From the NCBI RefSeq assembly GCF_009914755.1, contig NC_060934.1: a stretch of DNA of 64,000 nucleotides; one strand, 5' to 3'. Position numbers and translations under genes: made by a program. Positions 1 through 12,514 of the stretch are shown here, piece by piece. Source of the DNA: the human T2T-CHM13v2.0 reference genome, Homo sapiens. Each line of letters opens with the position of its first letter. The first letter of the stretch is position 1. Under the pieces are notes generated by a model. It worked only from the letters and a program-made list of their open reading frames with translations. It had not been told where the DNA came from and ran no database searches.

Positions 1-420
<420 letters not shown>

Positions 421-1120
421 AAAAATCGATCTTACATTTTAAACTTCATCTAGATGTGACAAAAACCAAATGAGGTATTTGTTAAAACACTTTATAACCC
501 TAGGTACAGTAATATAGTAATCCAACTGACAATCTCACAAAACTCAATTTTTGGCAACAAATTCAAGGTTATACACGTTTATAAAGATAACACATTTATT
601 CAACCAGAGGAAAAAGGTTACAATGACAGAATTTATCTTTTTCTTTACTATATAGCCTGAGCTATGGTTAAGGTTTGGGAAACTAGTATCTTACAGAACC
701 TTCAGAAATTTCTCACTCTAGAATTTAGAAACAAATTTTACACACTCGGGGTTGAGAGAATCCAGGAGCAATCACCACCCCTAGTGTTCAGATGCTGCTC
801 TCCAAAGACCCTTCCCCATTAGCCACAGAAATCAGAGCTCCCTGGGGAAACAGACAGTTGAACCTCTGGAGCAGGGAGGGCCCGGCTGTGCGTGCATTAG
901 GGAGGTGGGGGTGGGGGCGTAGAAACCAAAGAAGTTAGACCAAAACGGGCCCACAGCTGGGGCAAATGTGGGCATAAAAATGAATAAATTCCATCTGATC
1001 ACATAATCTCAAATATATACATATACAGAAATATTTCTGTGAGGTCAGAGTGGTACTAAAAAACAAAACAAGACTGGGGAAAAAAAAAAAAGAAGAAAAG
1101 AAAGAACTCTCTTCTCCATG

Positions 1121-1402
1121 TTGGGCGCAGTGGCTCACACCTGTAATCCCAGCACTTTGGGAGGTCAAGGTGGGCAGACTGAACTCAGAAGTTCAAGACC
1201 AGCCTGGGCAACATGGCGAGACTCTGTCTCTACAAAAAAATATAAGCACTAGCTGGGCATGGTGGCGTGCGCCTGTAGTCCCAGCTACTCAGGAGGCTGA
1301 GGTGGCCCAGGAGGCTGAGGCTGCAGTAAGACAAGATCATGCCACTGTACTCCAGCCTGGGGGACAGAACCAGACCCTGTCTTAAAAAAAAAAAAAAAAA
1401 AA
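1121..1402 (+). mobile_element. AluJ with small internal deletion
   Basis: gggcgcagtggctcacacctgtaatcccagc... ending in poly-A. Confidence 0.9.
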
Positions 1403-2947
1403 CAAGACAGCCTCTTCTGTCACCATTAAAAGTAGTTCCTGCACCACCCCTCCTCCTCAAACTGGACTTCCCAGGGAGAGCAGCCGGCCCTGCCTTTTCC
1501 ACAGAACCATATTTCAAGATAACCCGATAGCCCAGCTGATGTGGAGCTCTTCTTTGAAGAAGTCCAGCAAACAAATGAAGAAGTTACAGAATTAGAAAAC
1601 TTCGCAAACTCTAATAAAGTAATTGATTCAGGCAATAATCCTCAATGAATATGAAAACCATTAATAGGTTGATGAGGAACTCATTATCACAGGACACCAG
1701 AAACTCAAGCCCGCCAGATGGTCTGTGGCTGAAGGGAAAAAGCAGATCTTCCCAAGGCAGTGGCTGACTCTCAGCATGGACCCCGCTGGTGTGAGATCCC
1801 CAGTGGAGGCGAGCAGACCTCACATGATGGTAGGATGTGGCCGTCTATGGAGAGCTCCCCATGAGGGACTCTGCTTACAAAGGCACAGCCTGACTCAAAC
1901 TAAGTCTTTGGATCTAAGTTCCAGTGCTCAGGAAACACAGGAACATGGCACCCAACACCAGGCGGGAACAGCCAGGCCACCTGGAAAGTGAGTGCGCCAG
2001 AAAGAAACTGGGCCTGCACACTCCTCTGCCGTCCCCTAGAGGGTGCCCAGGAGAAACCCGGGCCGACCAGGTGTGACCTGTGGGACCCCGTGCAACAAAC
2101 ACTTTGGGGCCAACTAGAAAATCTGAATATGGAATAAGAAATAGGCAGTTTTAAGAAAGTATGTTTTATTCTATTAAAACTGAAAATGGCATTAGCTCAT
2201 GTAAGAAAAAATCCTCATGTTTTAAGGTCACAAATTCAAACATTTACGGGCAAATGATCATGACGTCTATAATTTACTTCCAAAAACTTCAGCAAGGGAA
2301 AGGATATCTATTACATGATAAGTGTTTAGGGGCTCATTATTCTAGTATCTCTACTTTTCTGTATGCTTCAAGTTTTCATAATTATTTTTACATAAAATAA
2401 TCTTGCAAATATGTTTTTACATTAGCATTCATATGTAAATACAATTAGTGTTTTATATAAGATATATGACTATATTATTATTATAATGACCTTGTATTAG
2501 TGACATAAGAACAAGCAATGTATCAGAAAGTGAGGATGTAATTAAGGTTCAGTAACTGCATCCACTATTGGAAGAGCACTTCTCCGTGCCAAGGAGAGGG
2601 CTTCAAGCTTCACACCCCGTGTCAAGGTGGGCACCATCCATGCACCCCCACTTTCCACGCAACCAAGCTAGATGTGAGGCAACAGGCTGCGGGGCCAGGA
2701 CCCTCCTCTGGGGGACTCTAAACGCTGTGTTTGTAACCAACATGCTGAGCCTCCTGAGGGCTATCATTGTAAATGCCCAAAATCAATGTCCAAGTAAGAT
2801 AGGCAAACTTAGGCCAAGAATCTTACCTAGACTTAGATATTTCTTAAGCATTGCTAAATGTGAGAGAAGCCATGCCATAAAGTGTTAAGAACACAAACAA
2901 GTCAACTTTTCACAATCCACCATCAAACTTTTCCAACAAAATATTAC

Positions 2948-3108
2948 CTAGCATTGCTTGGGTGATAGTGAGTGGCATGAAACTGCTTAAGCTGCTCCCA
3001 TGTAAGCTCCGGGATGCACAGTGGGTCACCCCCGGAGACCACTGAGTACGTGTGGTCGGGAAGAAGTCTGTTCTGAAGGTGCTGGGAGAATATCCTCTCA
3101 TTGTCTGT
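2948..3108 (-). CDS. PITRM1: PITRM1 exon 7 (TDNERIFSQHLQNRLLPDHTYSVVSGGDPLCIPELTWEQLKQFHATHYHPSNA)
   Basis: tcaag| acceptor, AG|gtaata donor, 161 nt (cumulative 791); SGGDP and HYHPSNA motifs. The gene continues beyond the left window edge. Confidence 0.97.
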
Positions 3109-3639
3109 CTTGAAACGTAAAATAAATAAATCATAAGTATACATGTAAAATAATACACACGTTACATTACTTACAATATAGCCAATTGATCACATTCTGG
3201 TGCATACACCTGTAATACTTTGCAAATAAAGCTGTTCTAATGGTTTAAAAAAAAAAAAAAAAAACACCCACGCAGGCATTGTTTAACAAGGTATTCAATC
3301 ATTCATCACCCACGCACAGGACCCAAGGATTGAGAAGAACAATGGATTTTTTGATGTGTGGTGCAACAAACGCATAGCTGAGGGCTGTAAATCGGGACGG
3401 ATCAGTCGGTCTGCCCACCAGCCGTGAGGGAAGTGGGGAGAAGCTGTCACCCCAACTTGAGTTCAAGAAGACTCCTTGGAAGAAAAGACCACCAAATTGA
3501 GAATGAAAAGGTAAGAAATAGTTCACCAGCCGAGAGGAGCTACGGGAATCAGAGAGCAGGCCACCCATGAGCCTCAGGGACACCAGGACAGACAGGTTGT
3601 CCAAGTCACAAAGGGACATGAAGACATGGGCCCAGGACA

Positions 3640-4282
3640 GCAGCTCTTAATCCAAAATGGTCTCAAGAATCCTTTACACTCTGAAAAATTAACCCATTTA
3701 TGCCTGAGGTTGCAATTTTTTTGTAAAAAATCAGACCTTGGCGATGACCTTGAGCTGTAGGACATAAATAACTCCCACAAGCTTAGGGTGCCAATAATGG
3801 AACACTAGGCATAAATGCGTTTTAATGAGGACCCAAACAGCTTTTGATTATGTGGGCGTTTTTGCCTGTGTAGGTGCCTGTGTGTGTTTATATAATTTTT
3901 CTATATTCTAAATTAAAGCTGAGACATTTAAAAAATACTTATTCATTAAGGTAAGCCATCATTACATGTTGATATAAATATTTTTGAAAAATACTTCTCA
4001 TAACAAAGTAAAAAACTGATTAGAGTGGTGCTGTGTTGCCTTTTTTGCAAATCTCTGTAGCGTCTGGCTCAGAGGTGAAGCTGGACTCCCCCATTTGCTC
4101 TGTATGCAGCTCGCTGTGTGTCACACACCTTGCCATGCAGCCTCTAGAAAGTACACCGTGTACTTGGGCAAGAATGAATGAAAAGACACTGTCTTGGTAG
4201 TGGTATGAAAATAGCTTTTATCTCACAGACTTGCTGCAGATCACATACCAGGGGTCCCCAGACATGGTCTGAGACCTGCTGG
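3640..4282. mobile_element. hAT-Charlie DNA transposon (MER119-like), interrupted by MER85
   Basis: ggtctcaagaatcctttacactctgaaaaatt...tgaggacccaaacagcttttgattatgtggg resembles the recalled MER119 5' end. Confidence 0.6.
3693..3819. mobile_element. MER85 piggyBac-derived MITE
   Basis: TTAA at 3689-3692, 13-bp TIR CCCATTTATGCCT, right TIR AGGCATAAATGCG (1 mismatch) followed by tttTAA; internal palindrome GTGCCAATAATGGAAC at 3788-3803. Confidence 0.88.
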
Positions 4283-4462
4283 GAAGAACAGCAGCCTGGC
4301 CCTGCTACCCCGACTTCTGCTCACAGCACTGACCCCAGCTAATTCAAGAATGTATCACCTATAATGAGAATATTAAATAAAATCTTCCAGATGTGTCTAT
4401 ATCATGATATTGTACATGGGAAAGGTAAGCTGAACACAACATAAAAAAGGAAGAAAACTTAC

Positions 4463-4559
4463 AAACGCTCCCTTCATCTCATTAAAGACGACTCCTTTAA
4501 AGACCAAGGGCGTCTGGGGGTCGCTCGGATTCTCATGTTCCAGCCGCCATCCTTCCTGC
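4463..4559 (-). CDS. PITRM1: PITRM1 exon 6 ([32 protein letters not shown]), includes R183 and third Zn ligand E205
   Basis: ctcag| acceptor, TTT|gtaagt donor, 97 nt (cumulative 630); GVVFNEMKG motif of M16C; R183 codon CGG at 4546-4544 is intact. Confidence 0.97.
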
Positions 4560-4637
4560 CTGAGGACAAATCATTATAAGCTGATAGTGACTCAAATACT
4601 AAAGTCTGTATCAACTAGTTAATCATTCATGACATAC

Positions 4638-4752
4638 CAGAAATCCAGCTCGCGTAAACATGGGAAAAAGGTGGCATCCAAATACACCGAGAGGAGATTC
4701 TGAAAGTCCTTGGGATTTTGTGTGGAAAATGGATACAGAGTATAATCACTAG
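4638..4752 (-). CDS. PITRM1: PITRM1 exon 5 ([37 protein letters not shown])
   Basis: cccag| acceptor, TG|gtatgt donor, 115 nt (cumulative 533). Confidence 0.96.
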
Positions 4753-5453
4753 CTGGGTACAAATGAAAAGTGAAATTGTAAAATATAACAGATTTCTACT
4801 AAAATTATTGACTCTCAAGACTCATGCCCCCTTTGTCCTAGGACAGTAAGCTGTAGCTATTCTTGGGATGGGGCAGTGGCCCCATGCTCTGGTCCCTGGC
4901 CTCAGCAGCTGTCCCAGCTCATAACCCCAAGTGCCGGCTTTCCCATCCCGTCTCAGGATCTGCACTCGACGGGCACCAGGGCTTTCTTCAGCGAATATCT
5001 AAACTCTCTCAAGTTTCTCCAGAGACTTTCATACATCTACAAAGATGACCTCATTCTGTAACAGCATGGATTTAACCCGCTCTTCAATGTCACTCCCCCA
5101 CAGAATGCACTGTTCATCGTCACCCTATCCACTATCGTCAGTCTTACTAAAAGTCAAACATCAACATTAGTACTAACTCTGGCATTGTAGCGATATCTCC
5201 AAGAGAAAATTGTTTTGAACTTTTCTGGGAAAAGTTCACATACGTTTTCTTAAAACGCTAGTTTTTACAATCTCGCTACCATGTGGCTTTCCTGAAGGAT
5301 TAAATTTCTAATGTCCTTCAACTAGAGAGAGGTAAAAATTTTTCTAGAACATGAATTGCCCACTCCCCTCATTCCTTCTCAGAAACTAACTGAATTCCAG
5401 TGGGTGTGCCTGGCAAACCCAAAAGCAGTTTCTGTTCAGGATGCTGGTCTTAC

Positions 5454-5605
5454 CTGTGAAGGCGTTCATGAACGTGGAGAGGGACCGGTTCAACATTTTG
5501 AAGAAAGGGTCTCTGCACGGATATTTCTGAGACCCACAAAGGACGGTATGCTCAAGAATGTGAGGAACACCAGTACTGTCCATGGGAGTGGTACGGAACT
5601 GCACG
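5454..5605 (-). CDS. PITRM1: PITRM1 exon 4 with inverted Zn-binding motif HILEH (H104-H108, 5548-5562)
   Basis: Encodes [50 protein letters not shown]; ccctag| acceptor, G|gtaaga donor, 152 nt (cumulative 418). HXXEH is the M16 signature. Confidence 0.98.
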
Positions 5606-5918
5606 CTAGGGAAGAGAGAGGAATGGCACGCTAGGGAAGGCGAATGACCAGAACGCAAAAGGTTCAGCTTAGTGCTGCGGACACAGTTCCCAGATGCATC
5701 ATCACCTCAGGCTACTAGAAATCATCATTCTGACACCACAATCCTCCAGCACAGGGTTTTCCAACTATAATGTAAATCATTGACTCAGACTGTAAAATTG
5801 TATTTTGATGAGATTATAAGTCAGTGTAAACTTTTCCTTATTTTTCAAGATGCTCTGTCAATAAAAATACTAGTGAGATGATATTTTAAACCACGTAATG
5901 TATAGCCATGTTTTAAAT

Positions 5919-6137
5919 CAAGCTTGTCCAACCCGCAGCCTGCAGCCCGCATGCTCAGGATGGCTTGAAATGCAGCCCAACACAAATTCATACACTTTCT
6001 TAAAACATTGAGGGGTCCTTTATTTATTATTTTTAGCTCATCAGCTGTCCTTAGTGTTAGTGTATTTTATGCGTGGCCTAAGACAGTTGTTCTTCTTCCA
6101 TTGTGGCACAGGGAAGCCAAAAGAATGGACATTCCTG
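5919..6137. mobile_element. MER30 (hAT-Charlie MITE)
   Basis: caagcttgtccaac...gggaagccaaaagaatggacattcctg; 8-bp TSD-like ttttaaat/atttaaat. Confidence 0.8.
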
Positions 6138-6185
6138 ATTTAAATAAAAACATTCAAGACCATGTTCTTACAATGCACCACACAC

Positions 6186-6292
6186 CTGAACAGATTATTC
6201 GTGTCTTCTCTGGCCAGGTGTAAATACCTGGCTCCTGTGTCATCATGGGTGAGCTTCACTGCAGTCAGGAACAGCTCGGGAACAGATGTCAC
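6186..6292 (-). CDS. PITRM1: PITRM1 exon 3 ([35 protein letters not shown])
   Basis: ctcag| acceptor, AG|gtgtgt donor, 107 nt (cumulative 266); M16C peptidase N-terminal sequence. Confidence 0.96.
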
Positions 6293-6506
6293 CTGAGTTA
6301 ACAAGAAAAACACGACCAGTTAAACTTAGACAAAATGGCCTTTGAAATGGTTATGTTCGACACACTGAGAAAACTGGCTTTTCTGCCTGAAATTAGATGA
6401 TGCCGGGAAGGCAGTATTTCAGAGCTGGAGAGAAGAGAACCATCTTGTCCAGGTCCCTTATCCTACAAACAAGGAAAGACAGACCTAAAAAAGGCAGATG
6501 AGAATA

Positions 6507-6565
6507 TGTGTGTGTGTGTATAGAAAAGAGAGAGAGCGAGCGAGCGAGCGCGAGAGCGCACGCGC
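6507..6565. repeat. Compound (TG)n/(AG)n/(GAGC)n microsatellite
   Basis: Read directly from the sequence. Confidence 0.85.
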
Positions 6566-6649
6566 TTACTACTGGCTAGGTATTTTAGATTTTTTTATTT
6601 TTTAAATTTTTTATTCTTTTTTTGGCTAGGCATTTTCTAATCATGTCAC

Positions 6650-6770
6650 ATATAATCCTGTGAGGGAGGTATTCTCATACTCATTTACAGACGAAAAAAC
6701 CGAGGCTCAGGGTGATGAAATAAGCTGCCTAAATCACAGAGCCAGGATTCACCCTGGTGTCTGCCCTTCC
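6650..6770. mobile_element. MIR fragment
   Basis: cattttacaga..gaaaaaaccgaggctcag core. Confidence 0.6.
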
Positions 6771-6780
6771 CATGGTACCA

Positions 6781-6935
6781 TGCTGCACCTAAGTAACAGA
6801 GCGCCCTTTCCAATGTCTGCTGAGTGTCTCCTGCTTTTGTGTGCTGTGCCTCAGTAACACAGCGCCCCTTCCAATGTCTGCTGAGTGTCTCCTGCTTTTG
6901 TGTGCTGCGCCTCAGTAACACAGCGCCCCTTCCAA
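6781..6935. repeat. 61-bp tandem repeat, ~2.5 copies
   Basis: Unit tgctgygcctcagtaacacagcgccccttccaatgtctgctgagtgtctcctgcttttgtg. Confidence 0.9.
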
Positions 6936-7671
6936 CGTTGGCTGTGTGTCTGTTTCTGTGCATATCATCTCCTGTAGTGCGCAGAACGGGCCTGCAAGGA
7001 GGGGAAATGCTAGAGTGGGCTAGCCTGCGACAGCAGGGAGAGGCTCTAGGATCAGCCTTTGCTTCTCTTAGTTTAGGATGGGTTCTCGGTGGTAGCTAGA
7101 AGCACAAAGCTGTGGCTTCCAGAACAGCTGGAGGGGCCGGGAGGATAGAAATGCCCACAAGACAGACGAAAGACTCCCCACTCCTGGGGCGGCGTGGAAG
7201 GTCATCTCCTACTTTAGGTAAGCCTCCTGGTAAGTGACCATACTCCTCGGTATGAAAGAAACTGTCTTCTCTTCCAGTCATGCCAGCCGGCCCTCTCCCT
7301 CAATCACACACCACGTCCCTGTGATCACCACACCACTCACCACCCCCTCCTGCCAGGTGCCATGAGTCACCTGGCCAAGCGCACACAGTAAGTCGCTGGC
7401 CAAGGTCAGACCTCGGGTCTCCTCAGCCCAATCTAGGGAGCCTGCCACGCAACAGTCATGCATAAAGCAGACCACTATGACCTGCATCATCTACCGCCGC
7501 GAAATTACTTCTGTTTCCAAGCTCACTGTACTTTGTAACAGATGATCAATGCTTTTGAAGTCAGCAGATACAGTGAGATGTTTGCTTTCTAATAATATAT
7601 AGCTTTAATAATAATAGCTTTCATGGTAGCTATTTCTCAAACAAGAATCATGACTTATCGTAAGTTTCTAT

Positions 7672-8312
7672 GGCTGGACACAGTGGCTCACACCTATAAT
7701 CCCAGCACTTTGGAAGGCCAAGGTGATATGGTTTGGCTGTGTCCCCACCCAAATCTCATCTTGAATTGTAGTTTCCATAATCCCCACATGTTGTGGGAGG
7801 GACCTGGTGGGAGGTAATTGAATCAAGAGGGCGGTTTCCTCCATGTTATTCTCGTGACAGTGAGCACGTTCTCATGAGAGCTGACGGTTTTATAAGGGGC
7901 TTCCCCCTTCACTTGATCCTCATTCTCTCCCCTGCCGCCCTGTGAAGAGATGCCTTCCACCACGATTGTGTTTCCTGAGGCCTCCCCAGCCATGCAGAAC
8001 TGTGAGTCAATTAAACCTCTTCACTTTTTAGCTCATACTTTATAAATTACCCAGTCTTGGGTATTTCTTCATAGCAGTGTGAGACTAGACTAATACACAA
8101 GCAAAAGGATTGCTTGAACCCAGGAGTTTGAGACCAGTCTAGGCAACAAAGTTTCCATCTACACACACACAATTAGCCAGGCGTGGTGGCACCTTGTCCC
8201 AGCTACTTGGCAAGAGGATCGCTTGAGCCCAGGAGTTCGAGGCTGCAGTGAGCCAAGATCATACCACCACACTCCAGCCTGGGCGACAGGGTGAGTCCCA
8301 GTCTCAAAAGTA
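7672..8312 (+). mobile_element. AluJ split by a THE1 LTR insertion
   Basis: Alu head at 7672-7723 resumes at ~8098 (ggattgcttgaacccagg...). Confidence 0.85.
7724..8097 (+). mobile_element. THE1 (THE1C/D-like) solo LTR, MaLR
   Basis: TGATATGGTTTGGCTGTGTCCCCACCCAAATCTC...actaatACA with 5-bp TSD caagg/caagc. Confidence 0.9.
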
Positions 8313-9308
8313 AATACATTTCTATAAAATTTGAGAAATAAAGGAGGAGAATCTACCGCTGTGGGTGAGGCCCTTATTAACAGTAACCTGTACCATAAAC
8401 CCAAGTGTCTTTGCCTGGCCTTTGCAGGATTTCACAAACGCTCCAAGTCTTTTCATGAGTCCCATGCCTGGACCTTGTCTGGCGCACCCTAGTCACTGCC
8501 CTGGCTCCCTTGCTGGAGCCCTGACCGAAGGCAGCCACGTTCTCACACCACCCTCTCCAGGAGCTCTTCCCTCTGCCCCCAGCAGCAGCAGCTCCCACTC
8601 CTCCTCCTGCCCTTGTCCTTGGCCCTCCGCGTGGCGTCCACCATGTGCCTCCGGTCACAGCCGCAGCAGTCTTTCTAGACAGTAAGCTGTTTGTCTTTCA
8701 CGTTTGCTATAACATCAAGCATAGCACAAAGCCAACAGCTGGCCAAATACATGAAGCGTGTCATTTTCAGTTACCATGCTAAATAGAAACAATGCAAAAG
8801 GTTTAGGCAAAATAACAAAACAAAAACCAAATGAATCTATTTTAATACAGACCCAAGTAAGTACAGGTCCACAATTGCTTCTTTATCATTCTGAAACCCG
8901 AATGGCTCAGAAAACTGAAAGGTTCTGCGGACGTTTAGAGCAAGCTATTTGATGGCAAAACCTGACTAAACAGATCAGGGCAGTGAGTCTTCATGCTCAT
9001 GCTCAGTGAAACATCAGGTTTGGCTGCAGAAACGCTAGTGTGTCTGATTACAGAGACCCAGCTGGAAGTGTTACTCTCTAAAATCTCACAAGAACCAGGC
9101 TTTGCGGGATTCCAGGAAGGGACTGGGGCTCATTTCACTCACAAGCTCTGTTCAGCCGAGTAGCTGCCACACAGCAGGAGCTGGGCCAGGGCCTTGGGAC
9201 ACAAGGACAAAAACGCTAGTCTCCGCCCTGAAGGGCTCCGTACATAGGCCAGAAGCCGCACCTGCAATGTATGTGGATTTATAAGGAGGTGCCGAGGACG
9301 ACCCATAC

Positions 9309-9411
9309 CTGGTTTACGGTGAATCCATGGATCTTGTCTCCTAGTTTATACTGCAGAGCCCTCTCACAAGCCCGGTTACTGTTCCATCGCCACGCTCTGT
9401 GGTGTGCATGT
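9309..9411 (-). CDS. PITRM1: PITRM1 exon 2 (HAHHRAWRWNSNRACERALQYKLGDKIHGFTVNQ)
   Basis: tctag| acceptor, CAG|gtatgg donor, 103 nt, in phase with exon 1 (cumulative 159). Confidence 0.96.
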
Positions 9412-9905
9412 CTAGATTAAAAGTCATCTAAGTTAGATGAGTTGCAGGAAAAGTATCTGGCTAACATTATTCAGCCACATAGTGAAAATACTCTCATGTA
9501 ATAAAGATTATTAAAGAAAAATTAAATATTGCATCTTCCAAAGTCTTGCACATTCCAGAAAACTGATTTCTGGTAAGGTCCTTTCCATTTTAATGATCTT
9601 TATCTTAACTAAAGCTTCAATGTTGGAAACCTTTTCTTTACACTTGTTCACAAATAACTATAATACAATTACAGTTTAAATTCCCCTTGTTTAAGAGACA
9701 ACTCTTAAACAAAAGGGCTTCTTTCCTTCACAGAATCCTCAAAAGCCTTCACAGTATACCAAGAAATTCACACTACAGTTAAATCCCATTACATGCCTAC
9801 CGAATTGGTGAAAACTTAAAAAGCCTAATATTACCGGGAACTCTCATACACTGCTACAGGGAGTACAAAGTGGAATAACTTTGGAAAAGCACTTGGCATT
9901 CTTTA

Positions 9906-10230
<325 letters not shown>

Positions 10231-10349
10231 TTACACTGCGGCCCCAGCACTCACAGACAAAAATGTCAGCACGAACCCTGACAGTCCCAAACTCAACTCA
10301 CCCGGAGGTGTATCGACAGAGAATGGATAAAGTGCGGACTAATCGTTCA

Positions 10350-10390
<41 letters not shown>

Positions 10391-10656
10391 ACCAATATAA
10401 GGGCCTACAGTGGCATGTAACAAAGATATGGGTCACATAACGTGAAACAAAAGATACACATGATACAGTATTATCCTAAACAGGTATTATTCAAATAGGT
10501 AACAAGACATTGTCAGAACGCATAAAAATGGTAAAATATTAAAAAAAAAAAAAAAAGCAAGGACATTTCTGTATGTCATGACCGTGATAATCTAAGAGGG
10601 AGGGAGAGAGTTACGAGCAGTTAGGGGAATCTTCAACTTGGTCACAGGGACACTAA

Positions 10657-10942
10657 TTTTCTTTTTTGAGACAGATCTCACTCTGTTGCCCAGGCTGGAG
10701 TGCAGCGGTGCAATCTCGACTCACTGCAACCTCCACCTCCCGGGTTCAAGCAATTCTGTCTCAGCCTCCTGAGTGGCTGGGACTACAAGTGCTCACTACT
10801 ACGCCCAGCTAATTTTTGTATTTTTAGTAGAGACAGTTTCACCATGTCGGCCAGGCTGGTCTTGAACTCCTGACCTCAAGTGGTCTGCCCGCCTTGGCCT
10901 CCCAACATGCTGGGATTACAGGTGTGAGCCACCGCGCCCAAC
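10657..10942 (-). mobile_element. AluS
   Basis: Reverse Alu consensus with poly-T. Confidence 0.92.
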
Positions 10943-11921
10943 CTATTTCTAATAATTATTCTCACCTGAATGAGATGGCTCACACCTGTAACCCCGCAAT
11001 GCGAGAGGCTGAGGAGGGGGATCAAACCAGCCTGGGAAACAGAGCAAGATCCCTGCTCTTAAAAAACACGTAATTATTATTCTCTCCAATTGTATTATAT
11101 GTCGTATGGGATTTTCTACATTAATGTATCCCACCGAAATATTTATTTTAAAGATAATATGTACAGGAAGAAAAAACCTATTCAGTCACTGGCAATATTA
11201 TGAAGATATGCTATAACCAACATTTGCTTACTGATTTAGCAAATTTCAGAATTATGGGACAGAAGCGTTTTAAGAAGTTACTTATCAAGGACATGATAGG
11301 AAACTCCTGAGCGGTAAGGCCAGGCCGAACTCATGCCACGGACGCCCCGTGCCTCCCGGCCTGGGCCGGCAGCGCTGAACTGTTACCTTATATTAAACAC
11401 GGGCTCGTGGATTACCATGAACACTAAACTGCTTCGTCATTTTTTTCCCCATAAATTGAGTCATTAAAAAAACAAAACAGTTCAATTCCGGGAGGCGTCA
11501 GTTCTCTGAACACAGCGAGACTTTAAGTGTGGGCTGTGGGCGCCTCGGGTCTCTTAAGGACTCGGCCTCCCAACAAAAATGAACTAGGAGCAAAGCTGTC
11601 AGCGAGAACCGCAAATGCCGACCCCATTTACTACCCCCGTTAAAGCCCACGCTAATGGAGGGCCCCGCCGGGAGCGCCGCGGGCAGGCCCGGCCCCCAGC
11701 CCGGGGCATCGCCCCTGGGAGTAGGAAGGAGCTCCGAGGTCCTCCGGCCTCGGAGCCTCGGATGCGGGAGCTCCAGGAAGGGCTCGGGGTGCGGGACGCC
11801 CACAGCTTGGGGAGCTGCCAGCCCCGGGCGCAGGGACGAGGACCCCTACGCCTCCGGCCTGCCCTGGACCCTCCCCTCCCGGGTACCAGCGCGCCGAGCG
11901 CCTCCCGTCGCAGCGTCTCAC

Positions 11922-11977
11922 CCGCCGCTCAGCCGCCTCAGCACACACAGGCCCCGCCGCCCGCCGCAGCGCCACAT
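11922..11977 (-). CDS. PITRM1: PITRM1 coding exon 1 (mitochondrial targeting peptide, MWRCGGRRGLCVLRRLSG)
   Basis: ATG at 11977-11975; Arg-rich, acid-free N-terminus matching the recalled PITRM1 sequence; GG|gtgaga donor; 56 nt; lies in a CpG island. Confidence 0.95.
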
Positions 11978-12514
11978 TGCGCATGACGAGCACCTGGCTG
12001 GCGAGGAACCCCTCTTAACCCGACGCAGGGCGCGGGGCGGGGCTTGCCGTGACAGCTACCACTCCTATTGGTCAACGCGAACAGCGACGTCCTCTGCGAT
12101 AGGCTGTAGGTGAAAAGGGTAGCCCTCCACTGCTCTGGGACGGGCGGGAGGGCGGTGCGGACGGAGATGGGCGGGAGGGGCGGGGCCGACGTGCCGAAGG
12201 AGGCGGGCAAGGCGAGGGGCGTGGTACGGGTAGAAAGGGGCGGGGCCGTCTTGCCGAAAGGGGCGGGGTTCGGCCAGCAGCAGGATGTGGACAGATGATA
12301 GGAGGGGGAAGTGGGCAGGCGAGAAGTGGGGCGTGGCGAGAGGCGTGTGTATGCAGATGGAGTGGGGCCTGGTGAAGGGCGGGGCTGCGCTGGTGAAAAG
12401 AGGGGCTCCTGGAATGGCGTGCTGTGTTGGGTGGGGCTGTGCAAGTGATGGGAGGGGCTTAGCGAGGGGTGGCTCTTTGCAGGTGAGGAGTGGAGACCAG
12501 TGGGAGAGGGGATT

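Noticed and set aside
4560-4637. 78-nt intron 5 (multiple of 3) as a possible in-frame retained intron
   Set aside because: Retention reads W-Y-V-M-N-D-TAA, a premature stop.
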